Assembly (NCBI GenBank): GCA_907165135.1
Contig: OU015569.1
Span: 10,850,001 to 10,914,000 of the forward strand
Source of the DNA: Oikopleura dioica
Lineage: Eukaryota > Animalia > Chordata
Reading direction: 5' to 3'
DNA length: 64,000 bases
The position numbers and the translations under genes were made by a program. The notes under the pieces were generated by a model, which was given only the letters and a program-made list of their open reading frames with translations, was not told the origin of the DNA and ran no database searches. Positions 50,958 to 61,936 of this stretch are shown piece by piece. The number at the start of each line of letters is the position of its first letter. The first letter of the stretch is position 1.

Positions 50958-51958
50958 TTTCTCGAGATCTCTTCTTCTGATTTTTCTACCACTCAATATA
51001 TATTTTCTTTAGTTATAAAATAAAAGCAAAGTTTAAAACATCTGTCTGTTTAGTTTTCCCAGGAAGTCACATTTTCAAATGTCAGAGGAGAAAGGCTCAA
51101 AAGTCAAACTAAATCGAGCTCTGAAGCAAATCTGAACCAATACACTAAAATCAGTTTTTGAGAAGAACAGTATCAGAAAATTTTGCAGTCATGCCACGAA
51201 TGATGGCCATGTCCAAGGGTGTCTCAACCATGATCCATAACAGATCAAAAGATAGGAAACATATTGCGACTCGCAATAGAGACCCCAGTACATGGGTTGA
51301 TGATTTAATCAACTGTAAGTAATGCAATAAGGTCTTTATCAAATTGCTTAACGAAGTTTAGTTTTTCTTGAAAATCCAGATCTGCCTCCAGATGTCCCGT
51401 ACGTTTACCCATCGAAAAGGAATTCAGAGCTCTCCACGACATTGTCTGAATCATAACTTGAATAAACGTGTCTGTTTTTGAATCGAGAAGTGTTAAGGAT
51501 TTCAATTAGCCGCAGTCCTTTTGTACAAAGTAAGCCAACCTCGGGCTCTTTTGTGCTCCCTTCAGCACACAAAGACGACCCTTCAAAATCAGGCCTTTGA
51601 AAGCCTCCTTTCTTAAATTTGAAGCCAGTTGAGTTGATAATCAAAATCGATCCCACCGAGAGAGCGAAAGAATCGATGGGATTTTCCGTCACTCTCTGCT
51701 TCAGTGATTGATTCTGAGCTACTGATAAAAGCCGCCGGGCATGCCGGCTTGGGATCTTGTTTCCACCCCGCTACTCGAAGCTTTCGAAGTCCGTCAGCCG
51801 TAAAGAGAACCACTTTTACGAGCGTAATAAATACCAGAGACGAAATCAATCATCGCACATATTTTAGAGAAACACAATTCGAGATCGCTATTCAACCATT
51901 TTTTCAGTTTTCCTAAATCTTTTTCTTACAAAATGTTTTTTAGAAGTAGATATTCGAA

Positions 51959-54900
51959 ATGGGTAAAGCAAATGAAACAGATGACCTCAAGAAGGAGGTC
52001 GAGATGGACGAGCACCAGATTCCCGTTGAGGAACTGTGCCAACGTCTCGGTACAAACGCTGATTCCGGTTTGACAGCTGATCGTGCGAAAGAGGTAAATT
52101 TAGCATTACTTTTCTTTTTTCTTGTTGTAACTCCTTCTTATTAAGCTTCTTGCGCAAAACGGATACAATGAGCTTACTCCTCCCAAAACTACTCCAGAGT
52201 GGATTAAGTTTTGCCGAAATCTTTTCGGTGGTTTCTCCACTCTTCTCTGGATCGGTTCTATCCTTTGCTTCTTCGCGTACGGAATGGAAATCGCCCGAGG
52301 TGCTGAGAACCCTCAGAAAGATAACCTCTACCTTGGTATCGTCCTCGCCACTGTCGTCATCGTCACTGGTTGCTTCCAGTACTTCCAGGAGTCAAAATCT
52401 TCCAAGATTATGGAATCCTTCGCCAAGATGGTCCCGCCAAAAACTCTGGTTATTCGAGATGGAAAGAGCATGGAAATCGAAGCCCGTAACCTCGTTCTCG
52501 GCGATCTTGTCGAAATCAAGGGTGGTAACCGAGTCCCTGCCGATTTGCGAGTCATCTCCGTCGCCTCGCTCAAGGTTGACAACTCATCGCTCACCGGTGA
52601 GTCCGAACCGCAAACCCGAGATGCCGAAGTCAGCAAAGTCGAAGCTCTTGAAGCCCGAAACATCGCATTCTTCTCCACCAACGCTTTGGAAGGATCCGCC
52701 CGTGGTATTGTCATCCGATGTGGTGACGATACTGTCATGGGTCGAATCGCTGCTCTTGCGTCCAACGTCGATTCTGGTGATACTCCCATCGCTCAAGAAA
52801 TCGAGCATTTCATCCATATCATTACTGGCGTTGCCGTCTTCCTCGGTGTTACTTTCTTCATCCTCTCGCTCTTCCTCGGCTACCAATGGCTCGAAGCCGT
52901 CATTTTCCTCATTGGTATCATTGTCGCTAATGTCCCAGAAGGTCTTCTCGCCACCGTCACTGTGTGCCTCACTCTCACCGCCAAGCGAATGGCAAAGAAG
53001 AACTGCCTCGTCAAGAATCTCGAAGCTGTCGAAACCCTTGGTTCAACTTCCACCATTTGCTCCGACAAAACCGGAACTTTGACCCAGAACAGAATGACCG
53101 TCGCGCATTTGTGGTTTGACAACAAGATCCACGAGGTCGATACTACTGAAAACTCATCTGGAGGCGCCATTGCTTACAAAGACGACCAATCGTGGCGCGC
53201 TCTTGGCCGAATTGCCGCCCTCTGCAACCGAGCTGTTTTCCTTTCCGGGGAAGAATCGAAGCCTATTTCTCAGCGAGACACTGCTGGTGATGCTTCTGAA
53301 TCCGCTCTGCTCAAGTGCTGCGAGAAATCGATGGGCAACGTCGAAGCCATCCGAGCCCAGAACCCAAAGAAGGCCGAAATTCCCTTCAACTCAACAAATA
53401 AGTGGCAGCTTTCTGTCCACGAAGTCGACGGTGCTAACCTCCTTGTCATGAAGGGAGCTCCAGAACGAATTGTCGCCCGATGCAGTAAGATCCTCGTCAA
53501 CGGCGTCGAACAGCCTAAACCTGACGACTTCCAAACAACATTCGAAAACGCCAATGCTCATCTTGGAGGAATGGGAGAACGAGTTCTCGGCTTCGCTCAT
53601 CTTCCTCTTGACCCAGTCGCCTTCCCTCTCGGATTCGAGTTTGATACCGACGAAATGAACTTCCCCAGCGAAGATCTTGTCTTTGTCGGTCTCATGGCTA
53701 TGATTGATCCACCTCGAGCTGCAGTTCCAGATGCTGTTGCCAAGTGCCGATCCGCCGGTATCAAAGTCATTATGGTCACTGGTGATCATCCCGTCACTGC
53801 TGCCGCTATCGCTCGACAAGTCGGCATCATTTCCGACGGTTCAAAGACCGTCGACGAAATCGCCAAGGAACGAGGCATCGCCAAATCTGAAGTCGATCCC
53901 AAGGACGCTCGAGCTGCTGTCATCACTGGCGCTGAACTTCGAGAACTTGACGACAGCGACCTCGACGAAATCTTGCGAAATCACCCCGAGATCGTCTTCG
54001 CCAGAACATCGCCCCAGCAGAAACTTATTATTGTCGATGGATGTCAGCGAGCTGGTCAGGTTGTTGCTGTCACCGGTGATGGTGTCAACGACTCTCCTGC
54101 TCTCAAGAAGGCCGACATTGGTGTTGCTATGGGTATTGCTGGTTCTGATGTCTCTAAACAGGCTGCTGATATGATCTTGCTCGATGATAACTTCGCTTCC
54201 ATCGTCACTGGTGTTGAGGAAGGCCGATTGATCTTCGACAACTTGAAGAAATCTATTGCCTACACGTTGACTTCCAATATTCCCGAAATCTCTCCATTCT
54301 TGATCTTCATCCTTTTCTCCATTCCTCTCCCACTCGGAACAGTCACTATTCTCTGCATCGATTTGGGTACCGATCTCCTTCCAGCCATCTCCCTCGCTTA
54401 TGAAACCGCCGAATCCGACATCATGAAGCGTGATCCACGAAACAAGTTCACCGACAAACTCGTTAACGAGCGACTGATCTCCATGGCTTACGGTCAAATT
54501 GGTATGATCCAGGCTCTTGCCGGCTTCGTGTGCTACTTTTTCATCATGCTTGACCATGGATTCTTCCCAGGCGATCTTCTCGGTCTTCGAGCATTCTGGG
54601 ACGATGCTGATTACCACACCATCACCGATTCATACGGACAACAGTGGGCTTATTCCCAGCGAAAGATCGTCGAGTTCACTTGCCATACTATGTTCTTCAC
54701 TGCTATTGTCATCGTCCAGTGGGCCGATGTGATCATCTGCAAGACTAGACGATTGTCGATTGTTGAGCAAGGCATGAACAACAAGGTTCTTATCGCCGGT
54801 CTCTTTGAAGAAACTCTTCTTGGTAAGAACCTCCTGTTTTATTTTAGATTAAACGCTGTCCTATTTTAGCCGCTCTCTTGGCTTACTGCCCTGGAACTGA

Positions 54901-55048
54901 CGCCATGTTGCGTATGTTCCCCGTCGAGTGGTATTGCTGGCTTGTGCCCATGCCCTTCTCGCTCATCATCTTCGTCTACGACGAAATCCGACGATACCTT
55001 CTCCGAAAGTCACCCGGCGGATGGGTCGAGCTCGAGACCTATTATTAA
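51959..55048 (+). CDS. ATP1A: Na+/K+-transporting ATPase alpha subunit (3 exons: 51959-52093, 52146-54822, 54870-55048)
   Basis: [43 protein letters not shown] (Na/K-type M5), QWAD and C-terminal ETYY*. Confidence 0.98.
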
Positions 55049-55767
55049 ACTCTCGTTTTCTCGTTTAGAAAATCTTTTGCTGTACATAGAATTTTATGAC
55101 ATGTTCCTTTTTCGTTTAACTTAATTTCAACTTTATCTTGCTCCAATCTTGCTAAATTGGGGGCGCAGTTTCCAAAGCTTCTTTATGAGATAAAAAAGCT
55201 ACACTGTAAACGGGGGCACAATAATAAATTTATTTCGGCACCGTGGGAACTTACCAAATTTGGGCGAAAAACGTAGCCACTTTTTACCTTCAATAAACTC
55301 GTCTCCAAGCATTAAATTTTTTGTTTTTGTTTTCTTGCAGCGGAACTCAAATCGGAAGTCAAATCAGTGTATTCAAGTGAGCATATAAAATCCTAGTTGG
55401 GAAAAGAAGACTAATAAAAGCATAATTTCAAATAGGAACTGACATATTTCATAAGAATCAGTAAATTGATAGTGTGCAAATATTTAAAAGCAGACCATAG
55501 CCAAACAAGACGGCTGACCCTACAGGAGGACTTTAGGATCAGGTCATGACTGTTAGATTCGTTAAATATTATTAAATTAATGTGCCTTTCATGCATTCTT
55601 GACACCGCAGAGATCCCACTTGAAAAATAAAAGAGATTTCTATATTTGAATTTTATGAATTTAACAGACAATTTGACTGATTACAGAGACCCGAATTGTA
55701 TAAAATATGACCATGTTGTGCAGGTACTATAATTTATTTTATCATAAAAGAAGCAGCTTGTAATTAA

Positions 55768-56005
55768 GTCCGACTACGAGGAAATATTCTGGGTGGGAAT
55801 CGCGACCATCGGCCTCAACGCTGTTTATTTTGGAAGCAAGGCGCTTCATATTCTGGCAAAATTACTAGAAGTCATGTGGGTTTACCGGCCGTATAGGTTT
55901 GTTCCGATAAAATACCGTAATAGCGTGGGACTACTTTCTTTCCCAAACTTCCAGAACTATGAAAACCCGCACGTTTTCTTTTCTTTTGATAAGGAAGAAG
56001 ACTAG
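55768..56005 (+). CDS. Last exon of a hypothetical gene (upstream exons unresolved)
   Basis: Open frame KQLVIKSDYEEIFWVGIATIGLNAVYFG...DKEED* after an in-phase GT-AG intron; no family recognised. Confidence 0.35.
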
Positions 56006-56024
56006 TCCATAAATATTTAAAGTC

Positions 56025-56599
56025 TCAAAAGTAAATACGAGCAGGAACAGGAGTGCATGTGAATTTTGCTTTAGTACATCGAACGATCGGAAAAAAGGAA
56101 CGCGCGATTTCACCATTGCGGAAGGAAAACAGTCTGTCCTCGATGTTCTCAAATCTTGTGCATTCACGGAAGTTCACTCGGACCATGTTTACGCGCTGTG
56201 CTATTTCATACTCGTCATTCGTGCGTTTATTGGGCCCGTGATGGAGTTTGTCCACGTTTATGTTGACGTGAAACTGTACTTTTCGATTATCGACTGCGAA
56301 GAGGATGTGCCCATTGATAGAAGAATCGATGTCAACTGGGTCGCCTTGCTGTGGATAAACATTTTCATAGGTAACCATTGACAACTCCTACCTTTTCCCA
56401 AGATGTAAAAAATAATAGTTCTTGGGGTTATGTTTCTGCCCGTCAGCGCCTCGATTTCATATCGACGCCACAGGGAGCAACTCGGAAGCAGAAGAATAAA
56501 AACGTTTGAATTGGTGAAGAGTGATGTCACTTTATGCCTTGCATCGATAAGGGTACTATGCGTACTTTCCGTCGTCGATATGCCGAAAAACTTTCTCAT
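56025..56599 (-). CDS. Hypothetical ~175-aa protein, two exons
   Basis: ORF 56258-56599 (…FYILGK) joins in frame via a gtagg...ccacag intron to QGDPVDIDSS...ARIYF*. Confidence 0.5.
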
Positions 56600-58372
56600 C
56601 TACTTTTATATCGACAAATTCATCACGGAGCCCGAAAAACAAGGACGCTCAAAAGAACTCTTTTTGCTGAAGGTAAGCTAGGAAACAATCCTATCAAAGT
56701 ATAGCTCTAAGATTTTCAATTGATAACTAGAGACAAGATTGAGAGATAAGAAATCAGGGGAGATTTTGTGATCACCCACCGAGAATTTTTTGACAAGATC
56801 TGCTCGCGCTGTGCGCCATCTTTCGGCGCAGATACCCATATATAAAACTAGAATTCATTGCGAATAGCACCATTGAAAATGAATCTCTTAGAAGAGTTAG
56901 GAGTTGAGCTTGCTTGACGATGTTTTTCTAAGAATTATTTGTAAAATGAAACCAAAACCATTCTGAATCTCCAACGGAACGCCAGGCGGACACGCCCCAT
57001 TTATTCTGAAAAATAAAATTACATTCCTACCCTTATCATTCTTTCCTAGAACGTTTCCTTCGTGCTGATCTGGTCGCTAGCACTGATCATCGTATTTGCA
57101 AGAACAAAAAGGAACGCAAGCGAGCGATTCTTCTCGTGCAACAACTGGTACATGTTCCTTTTCCGAGTCTTGATCTTCATCGTCATTCCACTGATATGGT
57201 TCTTTTCGAATCTTCTCTATTCCATCGGCGTCCTCCTTCAGCTTTACAACAATACTTACGCCAACACTACTCTCAGCAATTGTGCCAAAAAGTGCCATCT
57301 TGCCAAAGGAATAACCAGCGGAGAATTCATCGATTTCTGTTGCTTAGGTAATCCACGATTTAGACACAACTGGGAAAAACTGAGTTCAGACATCGGCCAA
57401 GATGATTTTTTCTCAAAATGCAACTCGAGCTTTCACCACGAGGACCACTTCTTCTACGAACAGCAGCCTTTTAACAATCAATGTCTATACATGCTCGACT
57501 ATTTTTTCATTGCATGTTCGGCGGTTCTAGCTCTCTGCTTCCTCTTCTTTGTTGCTGGACTTCTCTACATTACCTTCCGATTCAGATCAGCTAGACTTGC
57601 AAGGCTCTCTGTGGAGGGTACTAAAATTGATCGGCCTTCTTCTAGCACTACTAAATTTTCTAGGAATGATCGACATGGGATATCCAAACGAAATGAACCT
57701 CCTTCACGTCGCTGCTTATTATGGAGAGACAAACTTGGTCAAACAGCTTTTAAAAAATGACTACTGCGATGTCAACACGTAAGACGATATTGCCCAAAAA
57801 GTCGAAATCGAAATTCTAGCCCGATGAGAACTGGTGATACTGCTGTGCATTTAGCTGCGTCAAATGGATTTTCAGAAGTAGTTTATCTTCTTGTCAACAA
57901 GTTCAAGTTAGTCGTATTTTTTTTTAAAGCAAATATTGGAGTTTTCAGCGCTGATATATCCAAACTGAACAAAAACGATCAGTTACCAGCGGATGTTGCT
58001 GAGTTGGAGGGCTTCGAACTCATAACACAGTATCTGAAAACGAAGAAAATGAGGGAAATGCGGCGAAAAACAATCCGTCGAAAACCGATCGACAAAATAA
58101 ATTCTGGCAGTGGAAGCTCATCGCGAAGGAGAAACCGAGTTTCGTCCAACATGTCAACTAGAAAAGCGGCCATTCTGAATGATTCTTTATCGCCGATCAA
58201 GATGGAGTTGAAAGACGAGCCAAGGAAGCGACCAACAACGCTTAATTTGAGCAGCATTCGTGTCTCAAAAGCTTCAAGTCTCAACACTTTTGACGAGCTA
58301 TTAGACTCGCCTACGGAGGCTAACCGCTTTCACTCAGTTATAAGCGAGGATGTACAGTACGAGCGCTTTTGA
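56580..58372 (+). CDS. Multi-TM protein with six-Cys extracellular loop followed by cytoplasmic ankyrin repeats; start and 3' end uncertain
   Basis: Hydrophobic segments in the 57062-57760 ORF. GT-AG introns link in phase to MNLLHVAAYYGETNLVKQLL, TGDTAVHLAASNGFSEVVYLL and NDQLPADVA. Confidence 0.6.
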
Positions 58373-59194
58373 AAATAACTCTGCCATTATAGTATACAAA
58401 CCAATCTCATTCTACCATATTCTGTAATAAAACTGTTTTATCTGGTGTTTATTAAAATGATTTCACAAGACATGAAAAGGAATTAAAGTAAGCTGAGTTA
58501 CTATCCAAAATTTTACTAGTGGAATTCTTGTAGATTCTGAATTGTCTACTATTGATCGGACTAACCGATAAGAAAAGAGCAAGAGAGACGGTCATCTCCC
58601 ACGGAGATCATTTTCAATGATCGGCTACTAAGCACGTTGCGCCCTCCTTTGACGGACATGAGAAATAAACTCAAAATCTTCGGAAGCGATCCCAGTGGCA
58701 GAACGAAAATACCTTTTTTTTTAAATGAAAACGAAAGCAATTTTCGACGAATCGACAATGTCATGGTGATCCTACTCTCGTCCCTGTTCGATGACCGGAT
58801 GATGGTGTTGGGTTTTACGTCCGAGGCCGACCCATTACAGCTATTCTCTTACTTATTTTATGATGTCGAATAAATGATCCAAATTCAAAAATTGCATAAT
58901 TTCGGTGGTATTATTTGCTATTGGTCGAAAACTCATCTGTCTGTGATGTTCTGGCTTCTTCTTTCATCCAACTTGTCTGCCAGACAGACTTAAATATGGC
59001 CAGATCTGAGTCAAAATTTACGAATTTAAAAACTACTGCAGAGTATACAGAACTCAGTCATCCAGAGATCGCTTCTGAAGGCATTAAGAGCTGCAAGAAA
59101 GAAATAGAACTCGCAGCGATGAAATCCGAAGTCATTTTTTGTAGCGCTCGTTGTTGTTTTTGAGTTTGCCACTTTGAGAGAATCGCGCGGTTTC

Positions 59195-59288
59195 TCTAGA
59201 GCTCACCCGGCGCCGGCCATGTTTTTCATTTTTCGGTCACTTCAGTCCAGCACGGAGTTGAGAAGGTCCGAAAGCGCGGAAAAAGAGG
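59195..59288 (+). promoter_or_regulatory. TCTAGA motif followed by short first exon and splice donor (paralogous copies at 28181-28267 and 60347-60446)
   Basis: TCTCTAGA lies 80-93 nt upstream of GGTCCGA-n-AAGAG|GTAAT in all three loci. TCTAGA is, as I recall, a male-germline core promoter motif in O. dioica. Confidence 0.5.
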
Positions 59289-59544
59289 TAATTACGACGA
59301 AAAGAGATAGGATTTAACAATTCTGATTTTAGAATAGAGGAATGCAAATGACCTGCCATACAACGACTACTGGTCAGTTGCATTCCCAAAGTCAGTAGAG
59401 AACCTACTCTGCACTGCTCTCAAAAACATTCCTCACTGGAACTTGATGTGCGATATTACCTGAATAAAATCAATTTCCTGGCAAAAAAATTTTAAAACTA
59501 AGCTGTTCTTACTCTAACTTCGTAACCTTATTTCAGAAGTGCAA

Positions 59545-60036
59545 ATGTCGAGCGTTGAAGATTTCTCCTACATCGCCGACTCTTGCCGGGAACAGGCTAA
59601 CACGACAAGCAGAGACTTGCTGGACTCGCCACCAGCTGCGAAGAAGAAAAAAGTGATCAATCTCCGTCAGTATGCTCGTCAGCCTGGCGAGGGGATCAAA
59701 CAGGAAATCAAAGAGGAGTACAAAGAAGAAAAAGGTAAAAAAGAAAGTCCTGTTTTGGTATTTAACGTTCTTTCAGAAACAAGCCCCAAGAAGAAAATGA
59801 AACCCAAGAAAGCAAAAACACTTTATGAAGACAAAAACCTCGCCTGGAGAAAAGATCCCAGCGACTTTGAATCGTACCCATTCGTAAGTTGGCCCCTTCC
59901 AAACTATTTTCAAAAAATGATTCTCTAGTGCGCGTACTTCGGCGATCAAGTTCCTCCAAAGAAGAAAAGCGTCATGGTTCATGCTGGCCGAGCACTTTGG
60001 ATCAGAAAGACAATGGATCAAGACCAGCAAATCTAA
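59545..60036 (+). CDS. Small basic, probably nuclear protein (3 exons)
   Basis: MSSVEDFSY...SPPAAKKKK...KEEK|ETSPKKKMKPKK...ESYPF|CAYFGDQVPPKKK...DQDQQI*; GT-AG introns in phase. Confidence 0.55.
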
Positions 60037-61173
60037 AAGACTATTTCGAACACTATTTATCCCTGCCTTTATCTGCATTTACCTTCAACTAAAAATACAT
60101 CTTCTAAAGAGAATTTCCGATTGTTCTTGGTACTAGATTTCTTATGAAGTCTCTACCAGACTCGTTTTTGCCGTTTACTTGCAGGTTTTCGCTAAGAAAC
60201 TTTCATGTCTTCCAGAGTATTCGATTAGAAAGCTAAGGACTATTTACAGCAAAGTTGCAGACTAGAAGACAGTCCTTCAGAGCCTGAGGACAAGAAAATT
60301 CAACTTTTCAGGTGTCTGCGAGACGCTGTCAACATCGCGCGGATTCTCTAGATGTCACCCAGCGCCCGCTACATTTGCTCATTCTTGCTTCACTTCGCTT
60401 TTTGACTTTACGAAGTTGGAAAGGTCCGATGCCGCGAACTAAGAGGTAATTATAGAGACAGAGATTTTTCGACTACAGCTGACGTACACCTCCTTCTCCT
60501 AGGCAATTTTTATGTCCTAATAGGTTTTTCAAAGGATGAATAAGGGTTTATCTGAGAGATTAGACTAGTAGCTTTGAATTTATTGACTCCAGACGGAAGA
60601 TTTCATCGTGAAATTCAGCCATGAAGCCTTTATTTCAATGAATTTTTATATGACGCGCGCTGATTGGCTCGAGCGCGCGCACGTGTCAACAGGGGCGCCA
60701 CCCCTGGCTGAACATGCCGATCAAAAAGGGGACTTTTCATGGACATTTGTGGTCGCATTTAATTTTAAAGCATAAATTCTTGCAGCTGAAACACTGGGCT
60801 TTCTAACGATACCTTATTCGTCCCTCTTTGTTTATACCTAGCAGTGTCTCAAGGATTTTTAGATGACGATGAGGACGAAATGGACGACCTGGATGGTCTT
60901 CTACTAACATCGTCCCCGAGTCTGCTGTCTACAGGCTCGGAGAGAAAAAGATAAAGGAGAAGACGAAGACAAGGCAAACTTGTCACCGATATCGTCGCTG
61001 ATATCGGTAAGGCTTCCACATAGGAATCTAATGTGCGATATATCCTGAATAAAATCAATTTCCTCTTCAACTGACAAGAACTGCTACTGCCGAAGTTTTC
61101 GTCTTCTTATTCTAGCTGTCCTAGAAGCTCTTAGACTTGACAACTTAGACTGACAACTTTGAAATTGGAAAAA

Positions 61174-61667
61174 ATGTCGACCTCGCCGCCTGTCGCGAAA
61201 AAGTTGAAAATGACGCTCCAAGCTTCGAAAGAAGATAGTGGCCCATCGTCCAGTAAGACATTTTTGATATTTTAGAATGCAGATTTTACATTTATGCTTT
61301 CAGGGACTCGATCCAAAACGAAAAGTCTGGAGAAGCCCGACAAGTCCATCTGGGGTCGACATCGGTACACGGTGCGATCGCACTGACTTTTCGGTACGAG
61401 GTGGTGCACATTCTACCGTTGCACCGATGTCGACCCCAGAAGTCGATCATAAAGGTTACTAAACCTAGGGAGATTCTCCTAGAAGAGGCACCAATCAAGG
61501 AAGAAGTCGTTCGCGAACCAATGGACAGGCCAATGGAATTAGTAATGGACGTATCGAGCGTCGAAAAGAAGGCTCCTCATCCAGACGCCCGAAACAACAA
61601 CTTCGACTTGGATGAGTTCGACGATAGAAACAATACCCAACGTGAATGTCCGGTTGTCAGATTCTAA
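61174..61667 (+). CDS. Small disordered protein interrupted by an exonic MITE
   Basis: Exon 61174-61252 (MSTSPPVAKKLK...), intron 61253-61303. The frame is restored (…PDKS|IIKVTKPREILLEE…) when the 90-bp element plus one TSD is removed. AATAAA at ~61751. Confidence 0.6.
61350..61439. mobile_element. 90-bp hAT-type MITE inserted in coding sequence
   Basis: 17-bp perfect TIR ctggggtcgacatcggt / accgatgtcgaccccag; 8-bp TSD aagtccat / aagtcgat (7 of 8 match). Confidence 0.85.
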
Positions 61668-61936
61668 TTCTTTATTTCCTGATGCGCATGCAACGGACTA
61701 TTTATTTATCAACTTATGTATTTCTTTTATTCTGTTAAAATTATCTTTAAATAAAATGAAATGCTAAATATCAGTTTTGATGGACATGTTTGTCCATCAA
61801 ATTGGGCTCTCTTTTGGCCTTTCTTTGCAAGTATTGTTATATTGGTAGAATGCAAGCAATAATGCAATAACAAGAATATTTCATGCCATAAGCAGACAAA
61901 AAACATTTATAAAAATTTGAATGAAATACATGTTTA

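Noticed and set aside
51150-51850. Minus-strand gene between TPPP and the ATPase
   Set aside because: ORF fragments lack a true ATG and consistent splice phases.
52150-54617. Long alternative-frame and antisense ORFs over the Na,K-ATPase exon
   Set aside because: Shadow ORFs expected from strong codon bias; no independent motifs.
61500-61667. Cyclin B N-terminus (DLDEFDDRNNTQREC resembles the DID..D..NPQ.C region)
   Set aside because: The ORF stops at 61667, no cyclin-box exons follow, and a polyA signal and the SKI3 3' end come next.
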